A DNA stretch of 64,000 nt from Caulobacteraceae bacterium (lineage in GTDB: Bacteria; Pseudomonadota; Alphaproteobacteria; Caulobacterales; Caulobacteraceae). Shown piece after piece: positions 55,479 through 64,000 of this stretch. The DNA lies in contig DATAVF010000130.1 of assembly GCA_036267835.1 (NCBI GenBank), positions 554-64,553 of the forward strand. Reading direction: 5' to 3'. The notes under the pieces were generated by a model that had not been told where the DNA came from, searched no databases, and saw only the letters and a list, made by a program, of their open reading frames with translations. The position numbers and the translations under genes were made by a program. How positions within the stretch are numbered: position 1 is the stretch's first letter; every line of letters starts with the position of its first letter.

Positions 55479-56138
55479 GTGCGCTACCCGACAGACGCGC
55501 GGAGACGGCTGTTGCTCTTCTCCGATGGTCCCGCGGCCCGCATCAGGTCAGTTCAAGTGCTTCGTCTCAGCGACACGGCGGTTCTTCCGGCCCATCGGCG
55601 ACACGTGGCCGTGCGCGCCAGCTCGAAGTCCGGTCGAGACGAACCCGAGCGGGCGTTTCGGCAGGAACTGGTCTTGCAGCTGCCGCCCATGCGAGCTTTC
55701 GCGCGGGCCCTGACCCTGAACGCCGTGGAGGCCGACGACCTTGTCCAGGAGGCGATGCTGCGCGCCTGGCGCAGCCGGGCCGACTTCGAGCCCGGCGCCA
55801 ACTTCAGGGCCTGGCTCTTCAAGATCGTGCGCAACCAGTTCTATTCGAGCAAGCGCAAGGCATGGCGCTGGGCGCCGCTCGACCCGCAGGTGGCCGAGCA
55901 GACGCTGGTCGCCGCGGACGACCCATCGAGCGGTCTCTCGCTCGAGGCGGTCCGCGAAGCGATCGGGCGCCTTCCGCCCGGCCAGCGCGAAGCGCTGTTG
56001 CTCGTCGGCGCCGCCGGCGTTTCGTACGAGGAAGCCGCCCAGATCTGCGCGGTCGCCATCGGCACGGTGAAGAGCCGGGTCAGCCGGGCGCGCCATGCGC
56101 TTTTCCAAATGCTCGAGCCTGCGGGCGGCTCGGACTGA
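55479..56138 (+). CDS. ECF-type RNA polymerase sigma-70 family factor
   Basis: Region 2 DLVQEAMLRAWRSRADFEPGANFRAWLFKIVRNQFYS. Region 4 SYEEAAQICAVAIGTVKSRVSRAR. The real start is probably later (for example GTG at 55605-55611), giving about 175 aa. Confidence 0.8.
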   Translation: MRYPTDARRRLLLFSDGPAARIRSVQVLRLSDTAVLPAHRRHVAVRASSKSGRDEPERAFRQELVLQLPPMRAFARALTLNAVEADDLVQEAMLRAWRSRADFEPGANFRAWLFKIVRNQFYSSKRKAWRWAPLDPQVAEQTLVAADDPSSGLSLEAVREAIGRLPPGQREALLLVGAAGVSYEEAAQICAVAIGTVKSRVSRARHALFQMLEPAGGSD

Positions 56139-56284
56139 TCCTTGGTCGCTCCCTCTCGCCGGGGCTGGCAGCGCCGACTGGGCATCGACGCGCCAGCGTG
56201 GCGATCCCGACAACTGCCCTGTCGTTCGGCAACCGTCCTTCGATATAGAGCACCCCAACGAGGTGTTCGTCGAAGGGGTCGGTC

Positions 56285-56578
56285 ATGGCCAGAGAGGCGC
56301 GGTTCCTGCACGCGGAGTCGCTCGGCAAGGCAATCTATCAGGCGAGTTCCCTTCTCGCCCAGGACATCGACCGACTCGAGGTTATCGGCTCGCAGATCCA
56401 TGTTCGCGCCGGCGGCCAGCGGGTCGTGTTTCAGGCGACGCATAGCCGAACCTACGATTGGGAAAGCAAGACGCCCACTCTGGGGGGAACCAGCGGAGAA
56501 GTGGCCTTGATCTCCGGACCGGAGAGCAGCGCCACAGGGCTATTCGGTCTCCTGAAGCTTTTGCGCTTTCGGAAATGA
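56285..56578 (+). CDS. Hypothetical protein, 97 aa
   Basis: Consistently G/C-rich third codon positions, unlike the antisense ORF 55841..56443. No motif recognised. Confidence 0.35.
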   Translation: MAREARFLHAESLGKAIYQASSLLAQDIDRLEVIGSQIHVRAGGQRVVFQATHSRTYDWESKTPTLGGTSGEVALISGPESSATGLFGLLKLLRFRK

Positions 56579-56579
56579 C

Positions 56580-56957
56580 GTGATCGGCAGCGGCGATTTG
56601 GCGACTGTGGACGACGTGCGGCGGCTCTGCCTGGCGCTTCCCGAGGTCGAGGAGCGGTCACACTACCACGTGGCTATGTATTACGTGGGGCGCCGCCACT
56701 TCACCAACACCCGCAGCATTCTGAATAGCCACCTCGCCGACATGGGCGGCGACCGGCCCATCGCCGTCATCAAGCTCGACCGCGAGGATCAGTTGGCGCT
56801 GGTCGAGGCCCACCCCGGCGTACTGCTGCCGCATCGCTATCACGCCCGCCATGGCTGGGCCGTGCTCGTACTGGAGCACGCGGACGCTGAGCTGCTCGGC
56901 ATGCTGCTGCGCCTTGCCTGGGCTGGCGTGGCCCCGAGGCGCCTGTTGAAGAGGTAG
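56580..56957 (+). CDS. MmcQ/YjbR family protein
   Basis: 125 aa, GTG start. VRRLCLALPEVEE...GWAVLVLEHADAELLGMLLRLAWAGVAP fits the YjbR-family layout (from memory). Confidence 0.65.
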   Translation: MIGSGDLATVDDVRRLCLALPEVEERSHYHVAMYYVGRRHFTNTRSILNSHLADMGGDRPIAVIKLDREDQLALVEAHPGVLLPHRYHARHGWAVLVLEHADAELLGMLLRLAWAGVAPRRLLKR

Positions 56958-56999
56958 GCGCGTCGTCTCCAGCCTCATGCAGCTCGGCTGGGCGTTTTT

Positions 57000-58547
57000 T
57001 CAGCTTACGGGAGTTGTCGCGACATTGTCGCTCCGGCCGCGCTGTTCGGCGGCGCGCGACAAGGCTTTGCGTCGCCAGGCGCGCGCGCTGTCGGCGGGCG
57101 AGAACGGGTCACCGAAGTGATAGGCCGCGATGACTGCGGCCAGTCCTTTGACCGGCGGCAGCTGGATCGGGCGCAGCTTCGCGTAGCCGGCGTTGCGCAG
57201 CTGCTCCAGGGCCGCCCCCACGCTCCCCGCCGCCCGGATCGCGTCGTCGACGATGGAATCCTCGCACCCGAGCCAGTGGGCCAGGAGACGGGTGTGCAAA
57301 CGCTGGATTTCGCTGCGATTGCCGGCGCCGCTGGGGCCGGTGGCTTCGAAGCTCATGTCGCACTCGGTGTCGAAGCCCAGCGAGCGGTTGTTGATGTTGG
57401 CCGAGCCGATCCGCAGCAGCCGGTCGTCGATGATGGTCAGTTTCGCATGGACGATGATGATCCTTCCGAGCGTGGTGACCGGGCTGTAGGCGCGAAAGCG
57501 GCCATAGGCGTCCGCGGCCTTCAGGCGCTCGATGAACCTGACGCGGGTCTTGTCCATGGTCGCCTGGTCGAAATAGCTGGGCGAATGCTCGGCGCCGATC
57601 AGCACCACTTCGGGTCCGTCCGGCTCCCGCAGCCGTCTCTCCAGCGCGCCGGCGATCAGCGGCGAGGTGAAGTACTGGTTCTCCATGTAGATGCAGCGCT
57701 CGGCCGCGGCGATCGAGGCCAGGTGCAGGCGCTCCACCTCGCGCACTTCGGGATGTCTGCGCCAGGCGCCCATGGTGCGCGACAGCCCCACCGCCACCTC
57801 GCGGAACTGCGCTTCGATGCCGCGCGGCCAGACGGGACGCGCCTCGGGTGTTTGCGGCACGGTCTCGCCGGTCGCCCGCACCCAGCGATCGCGGAAGAGG
57901 TCGCCCAGCGCGGCGGCCGGGGCGCCTTCGACCAGCCCCATCACTTCATGGCGGCTGTGGAAGTCGTCCTTGCTGTTGCCGTGCGCGTGCTTGGTCTTCT
58001 CGCGCCGTGGATCGTCGTCGAGATGCAGGGCCGTGTCCCATCGGTCCGGCCCGATATCGCCGCCCCCGCAAAAGGCGATCGCGTCGTCGATGACGACCAC
58101 CTTCTGGTGATGCGACGCGCCGAGCGGCAGCTTGTCGTCGAGCACGAAGCGCACCTTCGTTCCGGCGAAGGCGCGGCGCCCGGCGACCGGGAACCAGTCC
58201 TGGGTCGCGGCGACCGGCAGCGCCGAGCGCCAGCACAGGATGCGCACGTCGAGCTGCGGCTTGTCCTGCGTCAGCTGCTTGAGAAAGTTGCCGATGCGGT
58301 CGTCGTCAGGCCCGCTGCAGCCGGGTTGCGGATGCATCAACGTCTGCGGCTCGAAGGCCCAGTTCAACAGGTGGATCGAGTGCCTGGCATGGCGCATCGC
58401 CTCCATGACCGCGTCGAAATAGTCGGCGATGTCGATGATCAGCGCCGCCCTCGCGGACGTCTCGCGTCGCCAGCAGGTCGATCCCGGTTCCAGCAGCACG
58501 CTCGTTCGCACCCCGGAAGCAGTGGCCGATGTGATGGGTAAGACCAA
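57000..58547 (-). CDS. Phospholipase D family protein with two HKD motifs
   Basis: 515 aa. HHQKVVVIDD and HAKLTIIDD...GSANINNRS. Confidence 0.85.
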   Translation of the reverse strand: MVLPITSATASGVRTSVLLEPGSTCWRRETSARAALIIDIADYFDAVMEAMRHARHSIHLLNWAFEPQTLMHPQPGCSGPDDDRIGNFLKQLTQDKPQLDVRILCWRSALPVAATQDWFPVAGRRAFAGTKVRFVLDDKLPLGASHHQKVVVIDDAIAFCGGGDIGPDRWDTALHLDDDPRREKTKHAHGNSKDDFHSRHEVMGLVEGAPAAALGDLFRDRWVRATGETVPQTPEARPVWPRGIEAQFREVAVGLSRTMGAWRRHPEVREVERLHLASIAAAERCIYMENQYFTSPLIAGALERRLREPDGPEVVLIGAEHSPSYFDQATMDKTRVRFIERLKAADAYGRFRAYSPVTTLGRIIIVHAKLTIIDDRLLRIGSANINNRSLGFDTECDMSFEATGPSGAGNRSEIQRLHTRLLAHWLGCEDSIVDDAIRAAGSVGAALEQLRNAGYAKLRPIQLPPVKGLAAVIAAYHFGDPFSPADSARAWRRKALSRAAEQRGRSDNVATTPVS

Positions 58548-58654
58548 GCGCTGCCGTTGGTTCCCCGCCGGCGTCGCCTTCCCTCCAGGCGGCGCCGGAA
58601 CCGAAGGCTAAGCTTTGCGCGCAAAGACTCAGAGCCGGCCGCTAAAAGCTGAGG

Positions 58655-58882
58655 GTGATGCGGCTTTCGAGGCGCGCGTCGCCGGCTCGGGTCAGGCGGC
58701 GGACTGCAGGGCCCAGGCCCGCGGCCGCGGCGACCGAGGCGCTGAGCATCCTCTCCCACCGCGAAGAGGCGGTGCTGGACCGGCTGGAGCCGCGCTTCGA
58801 GCAGGTGGGGGTGAAGCTGGCCTGGAGCGTCGGCGAGCTGCCGCCGCTGCCGGCCAGTGCGGCGGAGCGTCTCTGTCCCTAG
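58655..58882 (+). pseudogene. Possible histidine-kinase gene fragment
   Basis: The second half has very high third-position GC and reads ...LSHREEAVLDRLEPRFEQVGVKLAWSVGELPPLPASAAE, resembling the linker between the DHp and ATPase domains of NarL-class kinases. No H-box or ATPase motifs present. Confidence 0.3.
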
Positions 58883-58930
58883 AGTTCACAGCTAGCGAGA
58901 TGGCGCGCCTGACCTCGGTTCGGGCCGCTG

Positions 58931-60199
58931 TCAGGACGGCGGTGGGGCGTCTGGTGACAAAATTCCGAGAGCGGTCAGGTTGGCCAGCTCGCGGGCGGCG
59001 TATTGGTTGGCGTCGGGACGCGTAGGCCTGAACCATTTGGGCAGCCATTCGAACATGCCGGGCCTGACCGCGTTGATCGCTCGCGAGTTGAGGGGGCGGA
59101 TCGATCCTTCGTCCTGGCCAAGCCGGAAGGCCTCCAGGTAGGTGTCCATCAGGCGTGAGGCCGAGGCGTGGATCTCCTCCCGCGCGGTGGGTGGCAGCGC
59201 CTCGGAACCACCCAGCGGCGCGAGCGGGGCTATGTCCTCGCGCAGCTGGGATTCCGCACTGGCGTGGAACCCGGCGCAAATCGCCTCGAGGCGATCGCCA
59301 TCGTAGGCGCTGACCTTGTCGGCGACGTCCTGATTGAGGGCTAGCGCGCGCCGGTAGCAGGCAACCACCAGCGTCTCCTTGTCGCCCACGTTGTGGTAGA
59401 TCACCTTTTTGGTCACCCCGACCCGCAGGGCGATTTCCTCCAGCGAGGTCGCGTCAACGCCCTTGAGGTTGAACAGCCACGAGGCCGAGGCCAACAGGAC
59501 CTCCTGTTTCGTCGCCGCCAGCAGGTCAGCGTCGAATACCTGCTCCGCCCGCACGGTCCCGGCGGTGAGCGCAATCGGCCGGTAGTCGGGCAGGGCGCGC
59601 CGGTCGACGGCGATGCCATACTTCAGGATGGACTTGACCGCCTCGACCATGTCGCCGTGCGAAAGCAAGTCGTTGGTGTGCCAACGCCGCGCCACCGGAA
59701 CCCAGCATACCAGGCCCACGATCGCCTGGGCGACGACATCATCGCCGCACGCTCGCAGCTCACCTTCACGGGCGCCGGCGCGCAGGATTTCAGCAATCGT
59801 CCCCATGATCGCGTCGTAGAGGCCGAGGATGGTGTCGCGCTGGTCGGGCCGCAGGAACGCCGCCTCGTTCAGCGCCGCGATCTCGGGCTCGTCCTCGCTC
59901 AGAACCCCATCGATGAAATGCTCGAGCATCCGGATCGCGCCGCCACCGGTGTGCACGGCCTCATCCAGGCGCCGGGCCATCAACTCGCACGAGCGGCGAT
60001 AGCTCTGGAACACCAAGTCGGCCTGATCGTCGAAGTAGTAGTAGAGCGCCGCGCGCGACACGCCGACCCGCTCGGCGATGTCCGACAGCGAGGTCTGCGA
60101 GACGCGGCGGCTGTTCAGCTGCCGGGCGGCCTCCTCGAGCAGACGAGCGCGGCGGTCGCGGCGGCGCGGCGCCTCCGGCGTGGGTTCAGCGGATGTCAC
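58931..60199 (-). CDS. TetR family regulator with duplicated TetR module
   Basis: 422 aa. Two HTH units: ARLLEEAARQLNSRRVSQTSLSDIAERVGVSRAALYYYF and LLASASWLFNLKGVDATSLEEIALRVGVTKKVIYHNV. Confidence 0.85.
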   Translation of the reverse strand: MTSAEPTPEAPRRRDRRARLLEEAARQLNSRRVSQTSLSDIAERVGVSRAALYYYFDDQADLVFQSYRRSCELMARRLDEAVHTGGGAIRMLEHFIDGVLSEDEPEIAALNEAAFLRPDQRDTILGLYDAIMGTIAEILRAGAREGELRACGDDVVAQAIVGLVCWVPVARRWHTNDLLSHGDMVEAVKSILKYGIAVDRRALPDYRPIALTAGTVRAEQVFDADLLAATKQEVLLASASWLFNLKGVDATSLEEIALRVGVTKKVIYHNVGDKETLVVACYRRALALNQDVADKVSAYDGDRLEAICAGFHASAESQLREDIAPLAPLGGSEALPPTAREEIHASASRLMDTYLEAFRLGQDEGSIRPLNSRAINAVRPGMFEWLPKWFRPTRPDANQYAARELANLTALGILSPDAPPPS

Positions 60200-60357
60200 A
60201 GCCAGCCTTCATCACGCCCGCGCGTCAACGTCAACAGCTGCACGTGCACCCATATGTAAAAAGTTCTTTGCATTCTGACGTTCTGATGTAGGGATGACCG
60301 CAGATGTAAAAAAGATGGCCACAGCGACACGCGGGTGGACACGGGAGGGGGGAGACC

Positions 60358-62589
60358 ATGCGACACACTCTTCGGGGCATGCTTTGCGCGTCCGCCGCGG
60401 CAACGGCCGCTTTCAGCATCGCGGCGACGGCCTACGCCGCGACGGACACCGCTGCGGCGGACACCACTGCGACGGCCGCCGCTGCCGGCGGCGGCAGCCA
60501 GGTCCAGGAGGTCATCGTCACCGCTCAGCGGCGGGCCGAGTCGGTGCAGGCCGTGCCCGCCGCCATCGACGCCATCTCTGGCGTCAACCTGGACCAGCGC
60601 GGCATCGCGAACGTCAACGACCTGCAGTTCGCGGTGCCGAGCTTCCACTCCGGCACTCTGACGGGGTCCACCGGCATCACCATTCGCGGCGTGGGCGCGA
60701 CCACCGTGGGAACCGGCGGCACATCCGGCGTGGCGGTGAATATCGACGGGGTCTACCAGACGGGAACCACCACGGTCGACCTGGCCCAGACCGACCTGCA
60801 GCGCGTGGAGGTCCTGCGAGGCCCGCAAGGCACCCTCTATGGGCGCAACGCCACCGGCGGGGCGGTGAACTTCATCACCAATGCGCCGACGGACACCCTC
60901 TCGGGCTCTTTCCTCGCCGGCTATGCCTCTTATGACGAATATCATCTGCAGGCGGTCCTCAACGCGCCGCTCGACGACCAAATCCGCACCCGTCTGGTGG
61001 TCGACTATCGCGATCGGGAAGACGGGTTCGTCAAGAACATCGACCCGGGTGGCGAGGACGTCGACAAAGGCAAAACCCTTTCCGGGCGGTTCCGTCTGGA
61101 GGCGGACATCACCTCGAACCTGGAGTTCGATCTGGGCTTGTCGGCCATGCACAATTCCGGGTCTTGGGCATACTTCACCAACATCAGCGCGCCGGCCCCG
61201 GTCGCCTACGCGGCAAATCCCTTCCTCGCCAACGCGAATTTCATCAGCACGCCATGGCGGACGGACATCAACGATCCGGAGGATGGCGCTCGCGACTACC
61301 AGAGCGTCAGCGGAACCTTCACCTGGCGGCTGCCGTTCGGCCAGCTGAAGTCGATCACCGCCTATCAGAACTACGGCTATACCTACGAAGGCGACGGGGA
61401 CGGCGCCAACCTCAGCATCGCGCCCTACAAGGGCAAGACCACCGACCACGCGATCACCCAGGAGTTCGACCTGACCGGCCAGACGAGCCGGCTCGATTGG
61501 GTGGTCGGAGCGTTCTACCTGAACGAGAGTAACTTCAACCGGCTGTTCTATAATTTCACGCTGGGGCTCTCGGGGCTACCGCCGGGCAGCTACCTCGACT
61601 TCGAACAGCCGCGCTATGACACCGTCTCCTACGCAGGGTTCGCCGACGGCACCCTGCACGTGATCGGCGGTCTGAAGCTGATCGCCGGCGTGCGCTATTC
61701 GGTGGACAATCAGACCGCGACGTACGGGAGCTTCTTCGGCCTGCTGGTCGGCGGGCAGCAGATCCCCATCGCGGCTACCTGCCCGACCGAGACCGACAAG
61801 CTGACCTACGACTCCTTCACTCCGCGCGCCGGCGTGCAATACGATATCAACCCGGCGATGAACGTGTATTTCACCTATTCGAGGGGGTTCAAAGCCGGCG
61901 GCGCCAACATCTATTCTTGCGAGGATGACTACAATCCGGAGAAGATCACCTCCTATGAAGTCGGTTTCAAGAGCCGGCTCTTCGACAATTCGGTCACCTT
62001 CAACGTCTCGGCGTTCCACTACGACTATAGCAACTTCCAGGTCAGCCAGATCATCGGCCTGTCCCTCAACGTGACCAACGCCGCGGCAGCAACCATTGAC
62101 GGGGCGGAAGTGGAGGGCGCCTGGACCCCGGACGCCCACTGGTCCCTGACAGGCAACGCGTCCTACATCAACGCGGTCTATTCGAACTTCTTCAACACCG
62201 ACGGCCTCAACCCGCAGCTTGGCCTGCAGAATCTCAAGGGCAAGCTGCTCGACAATTCGCCGAGAGAGTCGGGCTCGGTGGGCATCGCCTATCGCTCCGA
62301 CGAGTACAGCTTCGGCCGCCTGACCGGCCGGCTAGACGCCAACTACAGCTCGCGCGTCTACTTCCGGGAGTTCAACGAGCCGATTGACTCACAAGCACCC
62401 TACGGCCTCGTCAACCTCGGCCTGCTCTGGGATAGCCCCAACCAGCGGTATTCGGCGCGCCTCTACGTCAACAACCTCACCAACCAGGCTTACGCCCAGG
62501 CGATGGGCGACTCGACCAGCGTGGGCACTCGCTTCGTCACCTGGGGCGCCCCCAGGCAGGTCGGCGCCGAGTTCAAGGTCTCCTTCTAG
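60358..62589 (+). CDS. TonB-dependent receptor
   Basis: 743 aa. Signal peptide ...ATAYA. QEVIVTAQRRAESVQAVP. RVEVLRGPQGTLYGRNATGG. C-terminal ...VGAEFKVSF. Confidence 0.9.
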   Translation: MRHTLRGMLCASAAATAAFSIAATAYAATDTAAADTTATAAAAGGGSQVQEVIVTAQRRAESVQAVPAAIDAISGVNLDQRGIANVNDLQFAVPSFHSGTLTGSTGITIRGVGATTVGTGGTSGVAVNIDGVYQTGTTTVDLAQTDLQRVEVLRGPQGTLYGRNATGGAVNFITNAPTDTLSGSFLAGYASYDEYHLQAVLNAPLDDQIRTRLVVDYRDREDGFVKNIDPGGEDVDKGKTLSGRFRLEADITSNLEFDLGLSAMHNSGSWAYFTNISAPAPVAYAANPFLANANFISTPWRTDINDPEDGARDYQSVSGTFTWRLPFGQLKSITAYQNYGYTYEGDGDGANLSIAPYKGKTTDHAITQEFDLTGQTSRLDWVVGAFYLNESNFNRLFYNFTLGLSGLPPGSYLDFEQPRYDTVSYAGFADGTLHVIGGLKLIAGVRYSVDNQTATYGSFFGLLVGGQQIPIAATCPTETDKLTYDSFTPRAGVQYDINPAMNVYFTYSRGFKAGGANIYSCEDDYNPEKITSYEVGFKSRLFDNSVTFNVSAFHYDYSNFQVSQIIGLSLNVTNAAAATIDGAEVEGAWTPDAHWSLTGNASYINAVYSNFFNTDGLNPQLGLQNLKGKLLDNSPRESGSVGIAYRSDEYSFGRLTGRLDANYSSRVYFREFNEPIDSQAPYGLVNLGLLWDSPNQRYSARLYVNNLTNQAYAQAMGDSTSVGTRFVTWGAPRQVGAEFKVSF

Positions 62590-62613
62590 GGCCCGCGAGG
62601 CAGGGGAACTCAG

Positions 62614-63903
62614 ATGACCACATTTGCCGGACTGCCGCGGTCCGAACCCATCGACATGGGCTTTTGCCCAAGCCGCCTGGCGCATCTGGTCCAGACGATG
62701 GACGCAGCGGTCGAAAGGCGCGCGATTCCGGGCGTGGCGACGGTGATCGCCCGGGGCGGCAAGGTGATCCATGCCCAGTCGCATGGCTATCTGGACATAG
62801 AACGCCAGACGCCCCTGGGCCTCGACGCCATCTACAGGATGTATTCCCAGACCAAGCCGGTGACCGCCGCCCTGCTGATGATGTTGCAGGAAGATGGACT
62901 TCTCTTCCTCGACGACCCGATTTCCAAGTTCCTGCCCGAGTTCGCAAATCGCACCGTCGCCTGTCACAAGCCGGCGCTCGGCAAGGCCCGGGGCGAACTG
63001 AGCACCGGCGTGGACGCCGAACCCGCGCGGCGTGAAATCACCGTGATCGACCTGCTCACCATGACCTCGGGCCTGCCGAGCCAAAGCCGCACGCCCATGG
63101 GGCTTTCCCACCTTGTCGATCGAGCCTGGCGGGGCAGCGGCTTCATGGCCAACGATCCGCGGCCAATCAACGACCCGCCCGGCTCCTACGAGGACATGGT
63201 GCTGGCCCTCGCCAACGCACCGCTTCACGCCCAACCCGGCGAGACATGGCAATACGGCTCGGACTTCGATGTCCTGACCCTGCTTATCGAGAGGGCGACG
63301 GGTGAGTCGCTCTTGGAGACCATGCGGAAGCGGGTCTTCGAGCCGCTCGGCATGCGCGACTCGGCATTCTACTGCTCGGCGGACCGTATCGACCGGCTGG
63401 TTACCGAGCATCAGTGGGATGAGCGCGGGCAGGTCATCGTGCGAGATCGGCCGGATACCACCGAGAAGGCGGGCCGGTCGGAGCGTCGCCTGATCTCTGG
63501 CAACGGCATGTTCGGTGGCATGTTGTCGACCGCGGCCGACTACACGCGCTTTGCACAGATGCTGCTCAACCGCGGTGAACTGGACGGAGTTCGCGTGCTG
63601 GGCCGCAAGACCGTTGAACTCATGACGGCCAATCATCTTGGCGGTCGCGAGATCGACCTGGTCGTGGGTCCTGGCTACGGCTTTGGATTTGGCTATGCCG
63701 TCCGTGCGTCGATGACCCGGTCGGCGCTGCCGGGATCCATCGGAACCTACGGCTGGGGCGGCGCGGCGGGAACCTGGTTCTTCGTCGATCCCACAGAGGA
63801 TCTCATCGGCTTATTCTTCACCCACGTATTCGGATACCAGTTCTCGCCAACCGCTGATCTGTTCCATCGCTTCGAGAAGCTGACCTACGAGGCGTTGGTC
63901 TGA
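62614..63903 (+). CDS. Beta-lactamase-fold serine hydrolase (third, more distant member)
   Basis: 429 aa. SxxK motif YSQTKPVTA. Begins 25 nt after the TonB-receptor stop. Confidence 0.85.
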   Translation: MTTFAGLPRSEPIDMGFCPSRLAHLVQTMDAAVERRAIPGVATVIARGGKVIHAQSHGYLDIERQTPLGLDAIYRMYSQTKPVTAALLMMLQEDGLLFLDDPISKFLPEFANRTVACHKPALGKARGELSTGVDAEPARREITVIDLLTMTSGLPSQSRTPMGLSHLVDRAWRGSGFMANDPRPINDPPGSYEDMVLALANAPLHAQPGETWQYGSDFDVLTLLIERATGESLLETMRKRVFEPLGMRDSAFYCSADRIDRLVTEHQWDERGQVIVRDRPDTTEKAGRSERRLISGNGMFGGMLSTAADYTRFAQMLLNRGELDGVRVLGRKTVELMTANHLGGREIDLVVGPGYGFGFGYAVRASMTRSALPGSIGTYGWGGAAGTWFFVDPTEDLIGLFFTHVFGYQFSPTADLFHRFEKLTYEALV

Positions 63904-64000
63904 AGGACGGGCCGAGTAGGCACCGTCAGACAGCAACAGGGGCAAAGGGCTTGGTCGAGTAGGTGGAAGGCGGAACGACTACCGGGGCCGGCTGGTTCAC

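Noticed and set aside
50949-56138. Possibility that ECF sigma + HWE kinase + receiver form the alphaproteobacterial general stress response (EcfG-NepR-PhyR)
   Set aside because: The receiver is a single domain without a sigma-like PhyR output domain. No NepR-like short anti-sigma gene was recognised. The kinase has CheB/CheR modules that are atypical for PhyK.
56080-56328. 82-aa minus-strand ORF overlapping the 3' end of the sigma gene as a candidate anti-sigma
   Set aside because: Third-position GC decays along the ORF. It overlaps the sigma gene and is antisense to part of a better-scoring ORF. No TM segment or zinc-binding anti-sigma motif.
57000-58547. PLD/HKD protein as a possible phage-defence nuclease
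   Set aside because: Two-HKD, 515-aa architecture looks like a phospholipase D / cardiolipin-synthase-type enzyme. No helicase, methylase or other defence partners are adjacent. Nothing in the sequence supports a defence role.

Overview
Visibly GC-rich bacterial chromosomal segment whose gene content (four TonB-dependent receptors, an HWE-type histidine kinase, Ku plus ATP-dependent ligase) fits an alphaproteobacterium. That placement is inference only. I support about 55 protein-coding genes. I recognised no rRNA, tRNA, CRISPR array, transposase or integrase. Layout, left to right: (1) lysine-catabolic module (ALDH7-type dehydrogenase, saccharopine/lysine dehydrogenase, Lrp) and katG. (2) A tight seven-gene minus-strand operon (13241->4800): STN-domain TonB receptor, SbmA/BacA/YddA-type fused ABC transporter, thioredoxin, three tandem paralogs of an unrecognised protein, CysK-fold PLP enzyme, with a divergent AraC regulator. 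This is my best candidate for an undescribed system. (3) A hydroxy-acid type cluster (Zn-ADH, tartrate dehydrogenase-like, class II aldolase, TauD, MFS). (4) An acyl-CoA catabolic block with two adjacent ACAD gene pairs, crotonase, CoA ligase, SDR, GntR, esterase and a TonB receptor. (5) A TetR-controlled peptide-utilisation island: frameshifted TonB receptor, MFS, S9 peptidase, two inverted beta-lactamase-fold paralogs, dipeptide epimerase, Leu dehydrogenase and Lrp. (6) An NHEJ/repair patch (ligase, Ku, Xth) with decayed gene remnants. (7) A CheB-CheR-PAS-HWE kinase with receiver, Crp and ECF sigma. (8) A PLD-family enzyme, a double TetR, a fourth TonB receptor and a third serine hydrolase. 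Most long ORFs antisense to these genes are GC-driven shadow ORFs. All function calls rest on motif recognition by eye. No database search was possible.
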